Positions 55,051 through 64,000 of a stretch of DNA of 64,000 bases are shown in pieces. Location of the stretch: assembly GCA_965242705.1 (NCBI GenBank), contig OZ251486.1:64580-128579 (forward strand), written 5' to 3'. A program made the position numbers and the translations under genes. The DNA is from Bryobacterales bacterium (lineage in GTDB: Bacteria; Acidobacteriota; Terriglobia; Bryobacterales; UBA6623). Every line of letters begins with the position of its first letter. The first letter of the stretch is position 1. The notes under the pieces are model-generated. The model was not told where the DNA came from and made no database searches. It worked only from the letters and a program-made list of their open reading frames with translations.

Positions 55051-56163
55051 TTATTGCGGAATCAGCGCCGCGGCGCCGATCACGCCGTTCAGATTTTCGT
55101 CGGGCGACGGCTTGTCTCCGGCGCCGAAAAGCACTTTCAGACGCCCCTCTTCGACCAGGATTTCCGGGTCGCAAACGACGGCGCGGCTCCACTCCGCTCC
55201 GCCGGCCAAGCGGGGCGCATTCTCCATCTTTTTCCAGTTTACCCCGTCGGGCGATTCGGCCCAGCCGATCTGCCTGTGCTCGCCTCGGCTGCGTCCGGCG
55301 TAGAGCATGTAAAACGTGTCTCCGGCGCGGAAAACCGCAGGCTCGCCGACGCCGCGCTCGTCGAACGCGCCCGGCCCCCCGCCGGCAAGCAGCGGGTTGC
55401 GGTGCTCTTTCTGCCAATGGACGCCGTCGCGCGAACGGGCCAGCCCCAGACGCTGGCGGCCGTGCCTGTTCTGCCCCAGATAGAAGAGATAAAACCATTC
55501 GCCGCAAGCCAGCGCATAGGGGTCGGCGACGGCCGTTTCGTCCCATGAGCCGCGCGGGCCGGGCCGCAGCACGGGCGCCGGCCGCTTGCGCCAGCGGAAG
55601 CCGTCGTCGGAGTAGGCCAAGGCGATATGCACGGCCTGCCGCGGGCCGGCCTGATACCAGTAAAGCAGCCCGCCTCCGGCAACCGCCGCCGCCCCGTTGG
55701 CGGCGATGTAAGACCCCTCCCAACCCTCGGGCGACAACACGGGGCCGTGCTTTTGCCAATGCGTTCCGTCGGCGGACGAGGCCGTCCCCGTGCGCCAGGT
55801 CTTGCCGTCGAACCCGGAGTAGAGGTTCAGATAGCGCCCCCGGAAACGAACGACCGACGGGTTGAGCGCATCGACCGCGTCCCACTCGCCGGGCGCACCG
55901 CGCTCGATGACGGGCCGCGGCAGGGTTTCCCACGCCATGCGTCCGGGGTCGAATGCGGGCAGAACCGGCGCGCAGCCCTCGACGGCGAACCGCGCCTGCA
56001 AGGGCGGATCGAACATGCGCCCGCAGGAAACCAAGACGGGCAGGCCGCAGGCGAGCAGGACGCAGGCGGCGGAGCGTCCGCGCGGCGCGCGTTGACGGCG
56101 GCGCCGCCCGGCTGCCGAAACCATCATGCGCGCGAGTGGGGCAATCCGCGGAATTGCAGGCAT
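55051..56163 (-). CDS. beta-propeller glycoside-hydrolase-like protein (GH43/GH130-type fold)
   Basis: Internal ATG of ORF 55051..56475 (alternative start at 56127). Repeated W..G....SW D/E blades and a twin-Arg-like RRRRQ signal. Confidence 0.5.
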   Translation of the reverse strand: MPAIPRIAPLARMMVSAAGRRRRQRAPRGRSAACVLLACGLPVLVSCGRMFDPPLQARFAVEGCAPVLPAFDPGRMAWETLPRPVIERGAPGEWDAVDALNPSVVRFRGRYLNLYSGFDGKTWRTGTASSADGTHWQKHGPVLSPEGWEGSYIAANGAAAVAGGGLLYWYQAGPRQAVHIALAYSDDGFRWRKRPAPVLRPGPRGSWDETAVADPYALACGEWFYLFYLGQNRHGRQRLGLARSRDGVHWQKEHRNPLLAGGGPGAFDERGVGEPAVFRAGDTFYMLYAGRSRGEHRQIGWAESPDGVNWKKMENAPRLAGGAEWSRAVVCDPEILVEEGRLKVLFGAGDKPSPDENLNGVIGAAALIPQ

Positions 56164-56485
56164 TCCGCGGGCGCCTCGCCGTATTCGGCCGGTTTTTCGT
56201 CGGGCATGGCGTCGAAATAGGCCCGCAGGTTCACGTCGGTTTCGGCGGGCGGCCGGGCGTAGGGAGCGTCTTCGAAGCGCGGTCGAAGCATGGGCGCGCG
56301 CGGCCGGTCGGCGGCGGCCGGCAGGGTCTATTGTATTCCATCCCGCGGCCGATTTGCCCTTGCGGCAGCCGGACGTTTGGTTTGAGAAAACTCTGCGCAA
56401 GCAGGCAACAACGGAGGGCGCAGCCGCCCGACTCGCACCCCCCCGACTCGCACCCCCCCGACTCAAAAGCCCCAACGCACAATCA

Positions 56486-56660
56486 CTGCGCAGCCGTCAA
56501 GCCTGACGGGGTTCATGCGCCGAAAAGAAGCGCTTCATGCGCAAATGTTCAGCAATGTTCAGCAATGATCACTTATTTTCGACGTTTTGCCGCGGAAATC
56601 GACCGGATGGGTTCATATCTCTTTTTACTGAAGCCGTGCGGTTCCCCCCAACCACTGCCG
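56486..56660 (+). repeat. copy 4 of the ~200-bp repeat family; overlaps the 3' end of the MFS gene
   Basis: ctgcgcagccgtcaagcctgacggggttcatgcgccgaaaagaagcgcttcatgcgc ... cacttattttcgac ... gaaatcgaccgg ... actgaagccgtgcggttcccccc. Internal 10-bp tandem at 56541-56570. Confidence 0.85.
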
Positions 56661-57899
56661 CGGCGCCCGCAGCGGGCGCTCCGGGTCGATGAAAAGCCAG
56701 AGACCGGCGCTCAGCGCGTAGTACGCCGCCGACAACAGCAGCGGAAGCTGCCACGAGCCGGAGCGGTCAACCATCAGCCCGATCAGCCAAGGCGCGAGGG
56801 CGCCGCCGATTTGCCCGAACGAGTTCATCGCGCCGGAGACGACGCCCGCATGAGAGCCGCCGATATCGAGGCAGGCCGCCCAGGTCACGGCCAGGATCGA
56901 CTCCGCGGCGCCGAAACTCATGGCCAGGCAGACGAGCGCCGCGGCGTTGTTTTCGAGCAGCGCGGCGGGCGCGAGAAACGCCGCCGCGCCCAGCAAGCCG
57001 GCCATGGCGGGCAGCCGCCGCGCCGCGCGCAGCCGAACCCGCGCAGCCAGCCGGTCGCTCAGCCAGCCGCCCGCCAGGTTCGCCGCCGCGCCGCACAACA
57101 GCACGGCGGCCGAGACCGGGCCGACGCCGCCCAATTCGACGCCGCGCTCGTTCTGCAGATAGGTCGGCAGCCATTGGATGTAAAAATACAGCCCCCAGGT
57201 ATAGCCGGAGTACATCGCCGAGAGCGCCCAGACGTTGCGCTCGGCCAAGAGCGCCGCCCAAGGCGTGCTATGCCGCCGGGGCGCGGCGGCGCGTCCGCCG
57301 CGGATCGCCGCCAGTTCCGCGGTGCCGACGCCGGGGTGCTCCGCCGGATCGTTGCGGAACCAGCTTCGCCAGGCCGCGGCCCAAACGATGCCCATGACGG
57401 CGAAAATCCAATAAACCGACCGCCAGCCCCAGCGCGTCATCAAGGCGATGGCGAGCCACGAGGTCGCGGCGAAACCGATGCGGCTGCCGAACATGATCAC
57501 GGCTTGGGCGCGCGCCCGCTCACGCGCCGGAAACCAGTGCGAAACCGCTGAGGCGCAGCCCGGAAACGCTCCGGCCTCGCCGCAGCCGAAAAGGAATCGA
57601 ATGGCGATCAGGCTGGTCAGGTTCCAGGCGGCGCCGGTCAACGCCGTGAAGGCCGACCACCAGAGCACGATGCGCGTAAGCAGCGCCCGCGCGCCGAAGC
57701 GGTCGGCCAGGAAGCCTCCGGGAATCTCGAAAAGCACGTAGCCGAGCACGAAAAAAGACCCCGCGCGTCCAAGTTGTTCGTTGGTCAGTCCCAGTTCGTC
57801 GGACATGGCGCCGGCGGTGGTTCCGAAGCAGACGCGGTCCATGTAGGTGATCGTCATCAGGACAAACATGAAGCCCAGAACCCGGTAGCGCGTTGCCAT
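56625..57899 (-). CDS. MFS transporter (anion:cation symporter-like)
   Basis: 424 aa. MDRVCFG...GFLADRFGAR motif and 12-TM pattern. The last ~12 codons and the stop lie inside repeat copy 4. Confidence 0.8.
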   Translation of the reverse strand: MATRYRVLGFMFVLMTITYMDRVCFGTTAGAMSDELGLTNEQLGRAGSFFVLGYVLFEIPGGFLADRFGARALLTRIVLWWSAFTALTGAAWNLTSLIAIRFLFGCGEAGAFPGCASAVSHWFPARERARAQAVIMFGSRIGFAATSWLAIALMTRWGWRSVYWIFAVMGIVWAAAWRSWFRNDPAEHPGVGTAELAAIRGGRAAAPRRHSTPWAALLAERNVWALSAMYSGYTWGLYFYIQWLPTYLQNERGVELGGVGPVSAAVLLCGAAANLAGGWLSDRLAARVRLRAARRLPAMAGLLGAAAFLAPAALLENNAAALVCLAMSFGAAESILAVTWAACLDIGGSHAGVVSGAMNSFGQIGGALAPWLIGLMVDRSGSWQLPLLLSAAYYALSAGLWLFIDPERPLRAPRQWLGGTARLQ

Positions 57900-57920
57900 G
57901 CCTGAATCTCGGCGGCGGCG

Positions 57921-58880
57921 TCAGGGAACGAACGCCCGCACCGCCCGGCCGCGGCCCTCGACCGCAAAGGGCGCCGCTTCCGCGGGAATCAGAAAGCAGT
58001 CGCCCGGCGCGAAAGGCGCGCGGTTGAGCGTTCCCTTGCCCTCGGTCACGAGCAGCGCGTGGACCCTTTCAGCGTCGGGGCGGTAGGCGAACCCGGCGTC
58101 CCAACTCAACCGCTCGCCGGCGAAATAGCGGCATTGCGCGAGGCGCTCGACGCGGCAGCCGCCGTCGGCGATGCATTCGGCGGCGGTCGGCGAAGGGCGC
58201 AGCCGCGCGTCGGCGGCGCCCGCCGCGCGGTCGATATGCAGCGGACGCGGACGGCCGTCGGCGCCGAGCCGTCCGAAATCGTAGAGCCGGTAGGTCACAT
58301 CGGAGTTCTGCTGGATTTCGCAGATCGAGACGCCCGGACCGAGAGCGTGCAACGTGCCCGGCGGCACAAGAACCGTTTGCCCGGCGCAGACCGGAACCCA
58401 ACGCAGATAACGCTCGATTTCGCCGGCGCGGGCCGCGCGGGCCAAGTCGTCGGGCGGCAAATCCTCGACCAGGCCGAGCGCGATGCGGGCGTCAGGCCGC
58501 GCCGCAAGCACGTGCCACATTTCGGTCTTGCCCGGGCCGTTTTCGTGGGCAAGCGCATAAGCGTCGTCCGGGTGGACCTGCACGGACAGGGGCTGCGCGG
58601 GGAACAGCAGCTTGACCAGGATCGGGAAGTACGGGGCGTTCTCGGCGAAGCCGCCGTTCGTTCGGCTGCCGGCGCCCATCAGCCGGCTTCCGTACTCGCT
58701 CAGCAAGCTGCCGATGGCGCGGCCCGCGAGCGGCCCCTCGACGACCGCGTTTTGCTCGTGCGTGTACCAAGCTTCGCCGACGGGTTCGGCGGACTTGCCG
58801 AACAGCGGCGCGAGGTCGGTGGAACCCCATATCTTCCGCCGAAACGACGGACCGAGTTTGAGGGGTTCCAGCCGCGTCAC
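57921..58880 (-). CDS. manA: class I mannose-6-phosphate isomerase
   Basis: GTG start at residue 189 of ORF 57921..59444, overlapping the upstream stop (GTGA). SVQVHPDD, GKTEMWHVL and PPGTLHALGPG...YRLYDFGR. Confidence 0.75.
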   Translation of the reverse strand: MTRLEPLKLGPSFRRKIWGSTDLAPLFGKSAEPVGEAWYTHEQNAVVEGPLAGRAIGSLLSEYGSRLMGAGSRTNGGFAENAPYFPILVKLLFPAQPLSVQVHPDDAYALAHENGPGKTEMWHVLAARPDARIALGLVEDLPPDDLARAARAGEIERYLRWVPVCAGQTVLVPPGTLHALGPGVSICEIQQNSDVTYRLYDFGRLGADGRPRPLHIDRAAGAADARLRPSPTAAECIADGGCRVERLAQCRYFAGERLSWDAGFAYRPDAERVHALLVTEGKGTLNRAPFAPGDCFLIPAEAAPFAVEGRGRAVRAFVP

Positions 58881-60052
58881 GAGAGACCGCGGATGAACCT
58901 GTCGATCCGCGCGATGCCGCGTTTCAGGTCTTCCATCGACGCGGCGTACGAAATCCTGACGTGTTCCTTCGTACCGAACGCTTCGGCGGGAACCACCGCG
59001 ACGCGCGCTTCGGCCAGCAGCTTTTGGGCGAAGTCCATCGGCGCGCCGATGCCGCCCTTGCCGAACGTGCAGGAAATGTTGGGGTAGGCGTAGAACGCGC
59101 CGCCCGGTTCGGGGCACGCGACCCCGGGGATGGCGCGCAGCGCCTCGATCACGTAGGCGCGGCGCTCGCGGTACTGCGCCAGCATCTCGGCGACCGAGTC
59201 TTGCGCGCCGGTCAAGGCCGCCACCGCCGCTTTTTGGGCGATCGAGGTCGGGTTCGAGGTGGAGTGGCTTTGCAGCTTGTTGATGTTGCCGATCAACTCC
59301 GCCGGGCCGAGCGCGTAGCCCAGCCGCCAGCCAGTCATGGCGAACGTCTTCGACAACGAGCCGATGACGATGACGCCGCGCTTCGCGCCGGGCAGCGAGG
59401 CCACCGAAAACGGCTCGGAGCCATAGACGAAATGGCAGTAGCACTCGTCGCTCATCAACAGAATGCCGCGGGCCGAAGTCAATTCATGGATTTTTTCGAA
59501 CTCTCCGCGCTCGACCACGGCGCCCGAAGGGTTGTTCGGGGAGTTGACGATGACGATCTTCGTCTTGTCGCTGACCGCGCCCGCGATGTCCGCGGCGGTC
59601 AGGGAAAAGCCGTTCGCTTCCTGCGTTTCGACCTTGACGGGGACGCCGCCGTGATAGCGGATCACATCGAAAAACGTGACCCAGTAGGGCACGGGCAAAA
59701 CGACCTCGTCGCCGTCTTCGATCAGCGCCGCCATGCAGTTGAAGATGGCGTGCTTGCCGCCCACCGAGGCGATGCATTCGCTCGGCTCGTAGGCCGTGCC
59801 GAAATCGCGCGCGTGCCAAGCTGTAATCGCCTGTTTCAACTCGGGGATGCCGCCCGCCGGCGTGTAGCGGGTGAAGTTTTCTTCGAGAGCCCGGACGGCG
59901 GCGGCCTTGATGTTGTCGGGCGTGGGGAAGTCGGGTTCGCCGGCGCCGAAGGCGACGACATCGACCCCTTCGCGCTTGAGGCGTCCGGCTTCGGCCGTCA
60001 CGGCCATGGTCGCGGATTCGCTGATTCGCGAGATGCGCTGGGTAAACTCCAT
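58877..60052 (-). CDS. class I/II PLP-dependent aminotransferase (aspartate aminotransferase-like)
   Basis: 391 aa. NSPNNPSG, SLSKTFAMTGWRLGY (PLP lysine). Confidence 0.85.
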   Translation of the reverse strand: MEFTQRISRISESATMAVTAEAGRLKREGVDVVAFGAGEPDFPTPDNIKAAAVRALEENFTRYTPAGGIPELKQAITAWHARDFGTAYEPSECIASVGGKHAIFNCMAALIEDGDEVVLPVPYWVTFFDVIRYHGGVPVKVETQEANGFSLTAADIAGAVSDKTKIVIVNSPNNPSGAVVERGEFEKIHELTSARGILLMSDECYCHFVYGSEPFSVASLPGAKRGVIVIGSLSKTFAMTGWRLGYALGPAELIGNINKLQSHSTSNPTSIAQKAAVAALTGAQDSVAEMLAQYRERRAYVIEALRAIPGVACPEPGGAFYAYPNISCTFGKGGIGAPMDFAQKLLAEARVAVVPAEAFGTKEHVRISYAASMEDLKRGIARIDRFIRGLS

Positions 60053-60072
60053 CCCCTAAGATTACAAAGTTT

Positions 60073-60564
60073 TCAGGCGCCTCCGCGCATCGCGCGCAGC
60101 CGCTTGGCGGCGCAGGGAGGCACGAGCGCATCGACGGCGCCGCCGCGGCGGGCGACTTCCTTGACCAGCCGCGAGCTCAGGTAGCTGTAGGCTTCCGAAG
60201 GCAGCATGAAAACGGTTTCCAGTTCCGGCGCGAGCTTGCGGTTCATCAGCGCCATTTGCAGCTCGTATTCGTAATCGGAAACGGCGCGGATGCCGCGCAG
60301 GATGAGATTCGCCCCCTGCTTGCGGGCGAAATCCACCAACAGGCCGTCGAAGCTGTCCACGCTGACGTTGGCGAGCGGGGCAACCGACTCGGCGAGCATC
60401 GCCAGCCGCTCTTCGAGCGTAAACGCGGGCTGCTTGGAATCGTGCCGCAGGGCGGCGACAACCAGCCGGTCGAACTGTCTGGAAGCGCGCTCGATCAGGT
60501 CGAGATGCCCGTTGGTGATCGGGTCGAACGACCCCGGGTAGATGGCGACGCGGCGTTCCGGCAC
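60073..60564 (-). CDS. coaD: phosphopantetheine adenylyltransferase
   Basis: GTG start (residue 29 of ORF 60073..60648) gives about 163 aa beginning PERRVAIYPGSFDPITNGHLD. ISSTLVRE-like SSRLVKEV. Confidence 0.85.
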   Translation of the reverse strand: MPERRVAIYPGSFDPITNGHLDLIERASRQFDRLVVAALRHDSKQPAFTLEERLAMLAESVAPLANVSVDSFDGLLVDFARKQGANLILRGIRAVSDYEYELQMALMNRKLAPELETVFMLPSEAYSYLSSRLVKEVARRGGAVDALVPPCAAKRLRAMRGGA

Positions 60565-60758
60565 GAGGCTATTGTAGCCGCAGGCCGCGGCTTTCTGCCT
60601 GCAAGCGTTTGTCGATCCCGGATCCGCCGGGGCAGGAGAGGCCGGCAAAGGCGGAACATCTTTTCACGCCGGCCGCGGATTGGGCGAGGAGCTATGCCCG
60701 CTTGCGCAGCGGAGGCATGGCATCGACCGCGTAGGCCGCCGGCTGCGCCCGGCCCGTC

Positions 60759-61535
60759 TCAGCGGCCCTGCCAAGCGGGCTCGCGCTTTTCCAGGAAGGC
60801 GCACATGCCTTCCTGCGCGTCGGCGGCCAGCGCGTTCATGCTCATGACTTCCTTGGCGTAAGCGTAGGCCTTGGGTTGATCGAGATCGATCTGGGCGTAG
60901 AAGGCCTGCTTGCCGAGTCCCACGGTCAACGAACTCGCGGCGGCGATTTGCAAGGCCAGCGCGCGCGTCTCCTCAACCAGCTTTTCGCTGGGAACGACGC
61001 GGTTGACGAGCCCCCATTCCGCCGCCGTATGGGCGTCGATGGGCCGCCCGGTCAACAGCATTTCAAGCGCCCGCTTGCGCCCGATCGCGCGGCTGAGCGC
61101 CACCATGGGCGTACTGCAGAAAAGCCCGATCTTGACGCCCGGCGTGGCGAATCGGGCGGACTGCGAGGCGACCGCCAGATCGCAAGCCGCGGCCAATTGG
61201 CAGCCCGCCGCCGTGGCCAAGCCGTCAACTTGGGCGATAACCGGCTGCGGAACTTTCTGCACGGCGGTCATCAAATCGGTGCAGATATCGAAGACCCGGC
61301 GGTAGTGGTTGAGGTCGGCGCCGGTCATTTCGCGCAAGTCGTGCCCGGCGCTGAAGACCGGCCCTTCCGCCGCCAGGATGATCGCGCGGATCTCGCGGTC
61401 GGCGCCCAAGCGCTCGACGGCCGCCTGCAGATCGAGCATCGTATCGATCGACAGCGCGTTGCGGCGCTCCGGGTTGGCCAGCGTGACCGAGGCGATCGGA
61501 GCTTCCCGCACAAGGCGGACGGATGTTTCGATCAT
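60759..61535 (-). CDS. enoyl-CoA hydratase/isomerase family protein
   Basis: 258 aa from the internal ATG of ORF 60759..62246. Crotonase fold blocks FSAGHDL and VDGLATAAGCQLA. Confidence 0.85.
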   Translation of the reverse strand: MIETSVRLVREAPIASVTLANPERRNALSIDTMLDLQAAVERLGADREIRAIILAAEGPVFSAGHDLREMTGADLNHYRRVFDICTDLMTAVQKVPQPVIAQVDGLATAAGCQLAAACDLAVASQSARFATPGVKIGLFCSTPMVALSRAIGRKRALEMLLTGRPIDAHTAAEWGLVNRVVPSEKLVEETRALALQIAAASSLTVGLGKQAFYAQIDLDQPKAYAYAKEVMSMNALAADAQEGMCAFLEKREPAWQGR

Positions 61536-61577
61536 GGTGACCTCAGCATAACAATCGGGGTATGCTGTTCGGAACCC

Positions 61578-62936
61578 ATGCATCCGATACTCATTTTTCT
61601 CATCGCGACGGCTGCGGTTTTCCTGTTGATCGTCCGTTGGAAGATTAATGCGTTCGTTGCGCTGATATGCTCCGCGATCCTGATCGGAGTCCTTTCGCCG
61701 GAAATCCCGCTCGAGAGGGCGATCTCCGAAACGATCGACGCGTTCGGCGGCCTCGCGGGGAGGATCGGCATCGTCATCGCCATGGCCGCGGTCATCGGGC
61801 AATGCCTGATGGAAAGCGGCGCCGCCGAAAAGATCACCCGCCGCTTCGTCGCCTGGCTCGGCGAGAAGTATTCCTCGCTGTCGATGGTCATCAGCGGTTA
61901 CGTGCTGTCGATCCCCGTCTTCTACGACACCGTGTTCTATCTGCTGGTGCCTCTGGCGCGCTCGATGAGCATGCGCGCCAACGGACGCAACTACCTGCTT
62001 TACACGCTGGCCATCGGCGCGGGCGGCGTGACCACGCACGTCTTCGTGCCGCCGACGCCCGGCCCGCTGGCCATGGCCGAGACGCTTCAAATCGACCTCG
62101 GACTGGTGATCCTTGTCGGCGGCCTGGTCGCCGTTCCGGCCGCGTTGTCTTCCTGGGCGTTCTCGATCTGGGTTGACCGCAAGATGAACATTCCGATCCG
62201 CGAAGCGCCCGGGCTGTCTCTGAAAGAGCTCGAGGAGATCGCCCACCGGCCCGAAAGCGAATTGCCGAGCTTTGCGCGGTCGCTGCTGCCGATCGTCCTG
62301 CCGCTGATCCTGATCACGGCGAACACGGTCACCTCCACTTTCTTCCCCGCGAGCCCCGTGCGGCCCATCGCGGCTTTCCTGGGGAACCCCAGCCTTGCGC
62401 TGATCCTCGCCGCGGCGTCGGCGCTATGGGTTCTGGCCGCTCACAAGGGGCTGACGCTGCGGGAAATGGCCAAGCCCACCGAAGAGGCGATCAAGAGCGC
62501 GGGGCTGATTATCCTGATCACCGCCGGCGGCGGCGCCTTCGGGCGCATGCTGGTGAAGGCTGGAGTCGGAGACGCGCTGGGCGGCTGGGCGCAGCAGGCC
62601 GGCCTCTCGCTGATGCTGCTGGGGTTCGGCGCAGCGATGCTCTTCCGCATCGCGCAAGGCTCGGCGACAACCGCGATGATCACCTCTTCGGAAATCCTCG
62701 CGCCGCTCATCGCGGCGTCGCCGCCGGCCTACCACCCGGTCTATATCCTGACGGCGATCGGCTCCGGCTCAATCGTCGGCGGCTGGATGAACGATTCCGG
62801 TTTCTGGGTCTTCAAGACCATGACGGGCTTGACCGAAATGGAAGCGCTGAAGACGAAAACGCCCTCGCTGATCGCCCTGGGCGCCGGCGGGCTGCTGGCC
62901 TCCATGATCGGCTCGGCGCTGTTCCCCATGAACTGA
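61578..62936 (+). CDS. GntP family permease
   Basis: Internal ATG of ORF 60876..62936. Polytopic, with FVPPTPGP and GGGAFG blocks typical of GntP. Confidence 0.8.
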   Translation: MHPILIFLIATAAVFLLIVRWKINAFVALICSAILIGVLSPEIPLERAISETIDAFGGLAGRIGIVIAMAAVIGQCLMESGAAEKITRRFVAWLGEKYSSLSMVISGYVLSIPVFYDTVFYLLVPLARSMSMRANGRNYLLYTLAIGAGGVTTHVFVPPTPGPLAMAETLQIDLGLVILVGGLVAVPAALSSWAFSIWVDRKMNIPIREAPGLSLKELEEIAHRPESELPSFARSLLPIVLPLILITANTVTSTFFPASPVRPIAAFLGNPSLALILAAASALWVLAAHKGLTLREMAKPTEEAIKSAGLIILITAGGGAFGRMLVKAGVGDALGGWAQQAGLSLMLLGFGAAMLFRIAQGSATTAMITSSEILAPLIAASPPAYHPVYILTAIGSGSIVGGWMNDSGFWVFKTMTGLTEMEALKTKTPSLIALGAGGLLASMIGSALFPMN

Positions 62937-62967
62937 CGCGCTCGCGGGGGCGCGCTCGGGCGCGGCG

Positions 62968-63306
62968 TCAATCGAACCATTCGTCGGCCGGGTCGAAGGC
63001 CGGAATCGGCACGTTGACGATCTTCATCCGGCCGACCGCGCGATGACGACAGCCCGGCTTGATCATGACCGACGTCATCGGACGCACCGGCACGCGCTCG
63101 CCGTCCAGTTCCATGTAGCCCGAGCCTTCGAGGATGAAATAAATCTCCGTCATTTTCTTGTGGTAATGCGTCTCGGAGTCGGTCTTGATGTCCACGACGT
63201 GCAGCGTGGCCGTCTTGTTTTCGGGGGAAGCGAAGGCGCGGCGCGCCTGTCCGCAGGGGCACTCGACCGGAGCGATTTCATCCAGTTGTTCGACGAGATA
63301 GTTCAT
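62968..63306 (-). CDS. cupin domain protein
   Basis: 112 aa. HYHKKMTEIYFILEG...G..H cupin motifs. Confidence 0.7.
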   Translation of the reverse strand: MNYLVEQLDEIAPVECPCGQARRAFASPENKTATLHVVDIKTDSETHYHKKMTEIYFILEGSGYMELDGERVPVRPMTSVMIKPGCRHRAVGRMKIVNVPIPAFDPADEWFD

Positions 63307-64000
63307 GCCGTTTCCATTCGCTGCGCCGATTCGAGGCCGCGCAGCTCGATCTCCTTTTGTCGAATAACGAATTTTCGCACCTTGCCGGTGACGGTCATCG
63401 GGAATTCCTCGACGAAGCGAATGAACTCGGGAATCTTGAAATGCGCAATCCGCCCCCGGCAGAAGTCCTTCAATTCATCTTCCGTCAGCGATTCCCCGCC
63501 GCGGGGCCTGACCCAGGCCAGCACCCGCTCGCCGAGGCGCTCGTCCGGCAGCCCCAGAACGTAAACGTCGGCCACTTTGGGATGCGCGTGCAGGAACTCC
63601 TCGATTTCGCGGGGGTAGATGTTCTCGCCGCCGCGGATAATCATTTCCTTGGCGCGGCCGGTGATGCGGAAATTGCCGTCTTCGCGCATGACGGCGAGGT
63701 CGCCGGTATGCAGCCAGCCGTCGGCGTCCACCGCCGCGGCGGTCGCCGCCGGATCGTTGTCGTAGCCTTTCATCACCAGGTAGCCGCGGGTCAGCAACTC
63801 GCCCTGAACGCCGATCTCCGCGGCGCCGCCCGACGGGCCGGCGATTTTCACCTCGGTACAGGGCATGGCCGCGCCGACCGTCGCCACGCGCGCTTCCAGC
63901 GGGTCGTCGGTCGAGCTCTGCGTAATCACCGGCGACGCCTCGGTCTGGCCGTAGGCGATGGTCATTTCCGCGCAGTGCATCTCGGCCGCCACGCGCCGCA
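63303..64000 (-). CDS. AMP-dependent acyl-CoA synthetase/ligase, C-terminal part (5' end beyond the window)
   Basis: YGQTE, GELLTRGYLVMKGY, WLHTGD, GRAKEMIIRGGENIYP and PMTVTGKVRK. The frame stays open to the window edge. Confidence 0.85.
   Translation of the reverse strand, partial: RRVAAEMHCAEMTIAYGQTEASPVITQSSTDDPLEARVATVGAAMPCTEVKIAGPSGGAAEIGVQGELLTRGYLVMKGYDNDPAATAAAVDADGWLHTGDLAVMREDGNFRITGRAKEMIIRGGENIYPREIEEFLHAHPKVADVYVLGLPDERLGERVLAWVRPRGGESLTEDELKDFCRGRIAHFKIPEFIRFVEEFPMTVTGKVRKFVIRQKEIELRGLESAQRMETA

Noticed and set aside
1-64000. rRNA, tRNA, integrase, transposase or prophage genes that could explain island mobility.
   Set aside because: None recognised on either strand by eye. 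A tRNAscan/Infernal run would be needed to exclude small RNAs formally.

Overview
High-GC bacterial chromosomal window (about two-thirds G+C by eye) with roughly 55 protein genes. I saw no rRNA, tRNA, CRISPR array, integrase or transposase. Most genes are ordinary metabolism and housekeeping: Fe-S assembly, glnE, two sulfatases, an M16 peptidase, tag, rpmB, coaD, manA-like, transporters, a P450 and DsbD.

Two accessory islands concern DNA phosphorothioation (PT).

Island 1 (2.9-15.9 kb) has a divergent sspA-like cysteine desulfurase. Opposite it is a single tightly overlapping 8-gene minus-strand operon. The order is sspB-like (DUF4007 type), sspC-like (1132-aa P-loop protein), sspD-like (PAPS-reductase type), an HKD(PLD)-SF2 helicase fusion, an 81-aa ORF, a DndD-like SMC/ABC ATPase, a 149-aa protein and a DGQHR (DndB-like) protein. 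This looks like an Ssp-type PT writer wired to a Pbe-like reader, a pairing I do not know to be described. The sspC-like gene carries an in-frame perfect G22/C22 homopolymer, a candidate phase-variation switch.

Island 2 (25.8-35.9 kb) has a putative dnd-associated methyltransferase transcribed divergently from a 7-gene overlapping plus-strand operon. The order is a dndA-like desulfurase, dndC-like, an SspE/GmrSD-type DUF262-DUF1524 protein, a minimal SNF2 helicase, a ParB/Srx protein, a ParB-HTH-like protein and an MBL-fold hydrolase. It has no dndD, dndE or dndB of its own. This is the best candidate for an undescribed system.

In both islands the effector genes are visibly AT-richer than the writer genes.

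Other notable items are a ~200-bp structured repeat family (4 copies, two abutting the islands), GC-rich hairpin REP-like units, and a solitary 1192-aa Eco57I/PglX-like N6-adenine methyltransferase.

All functional calls come from motif recognition by eye. No database search was run.
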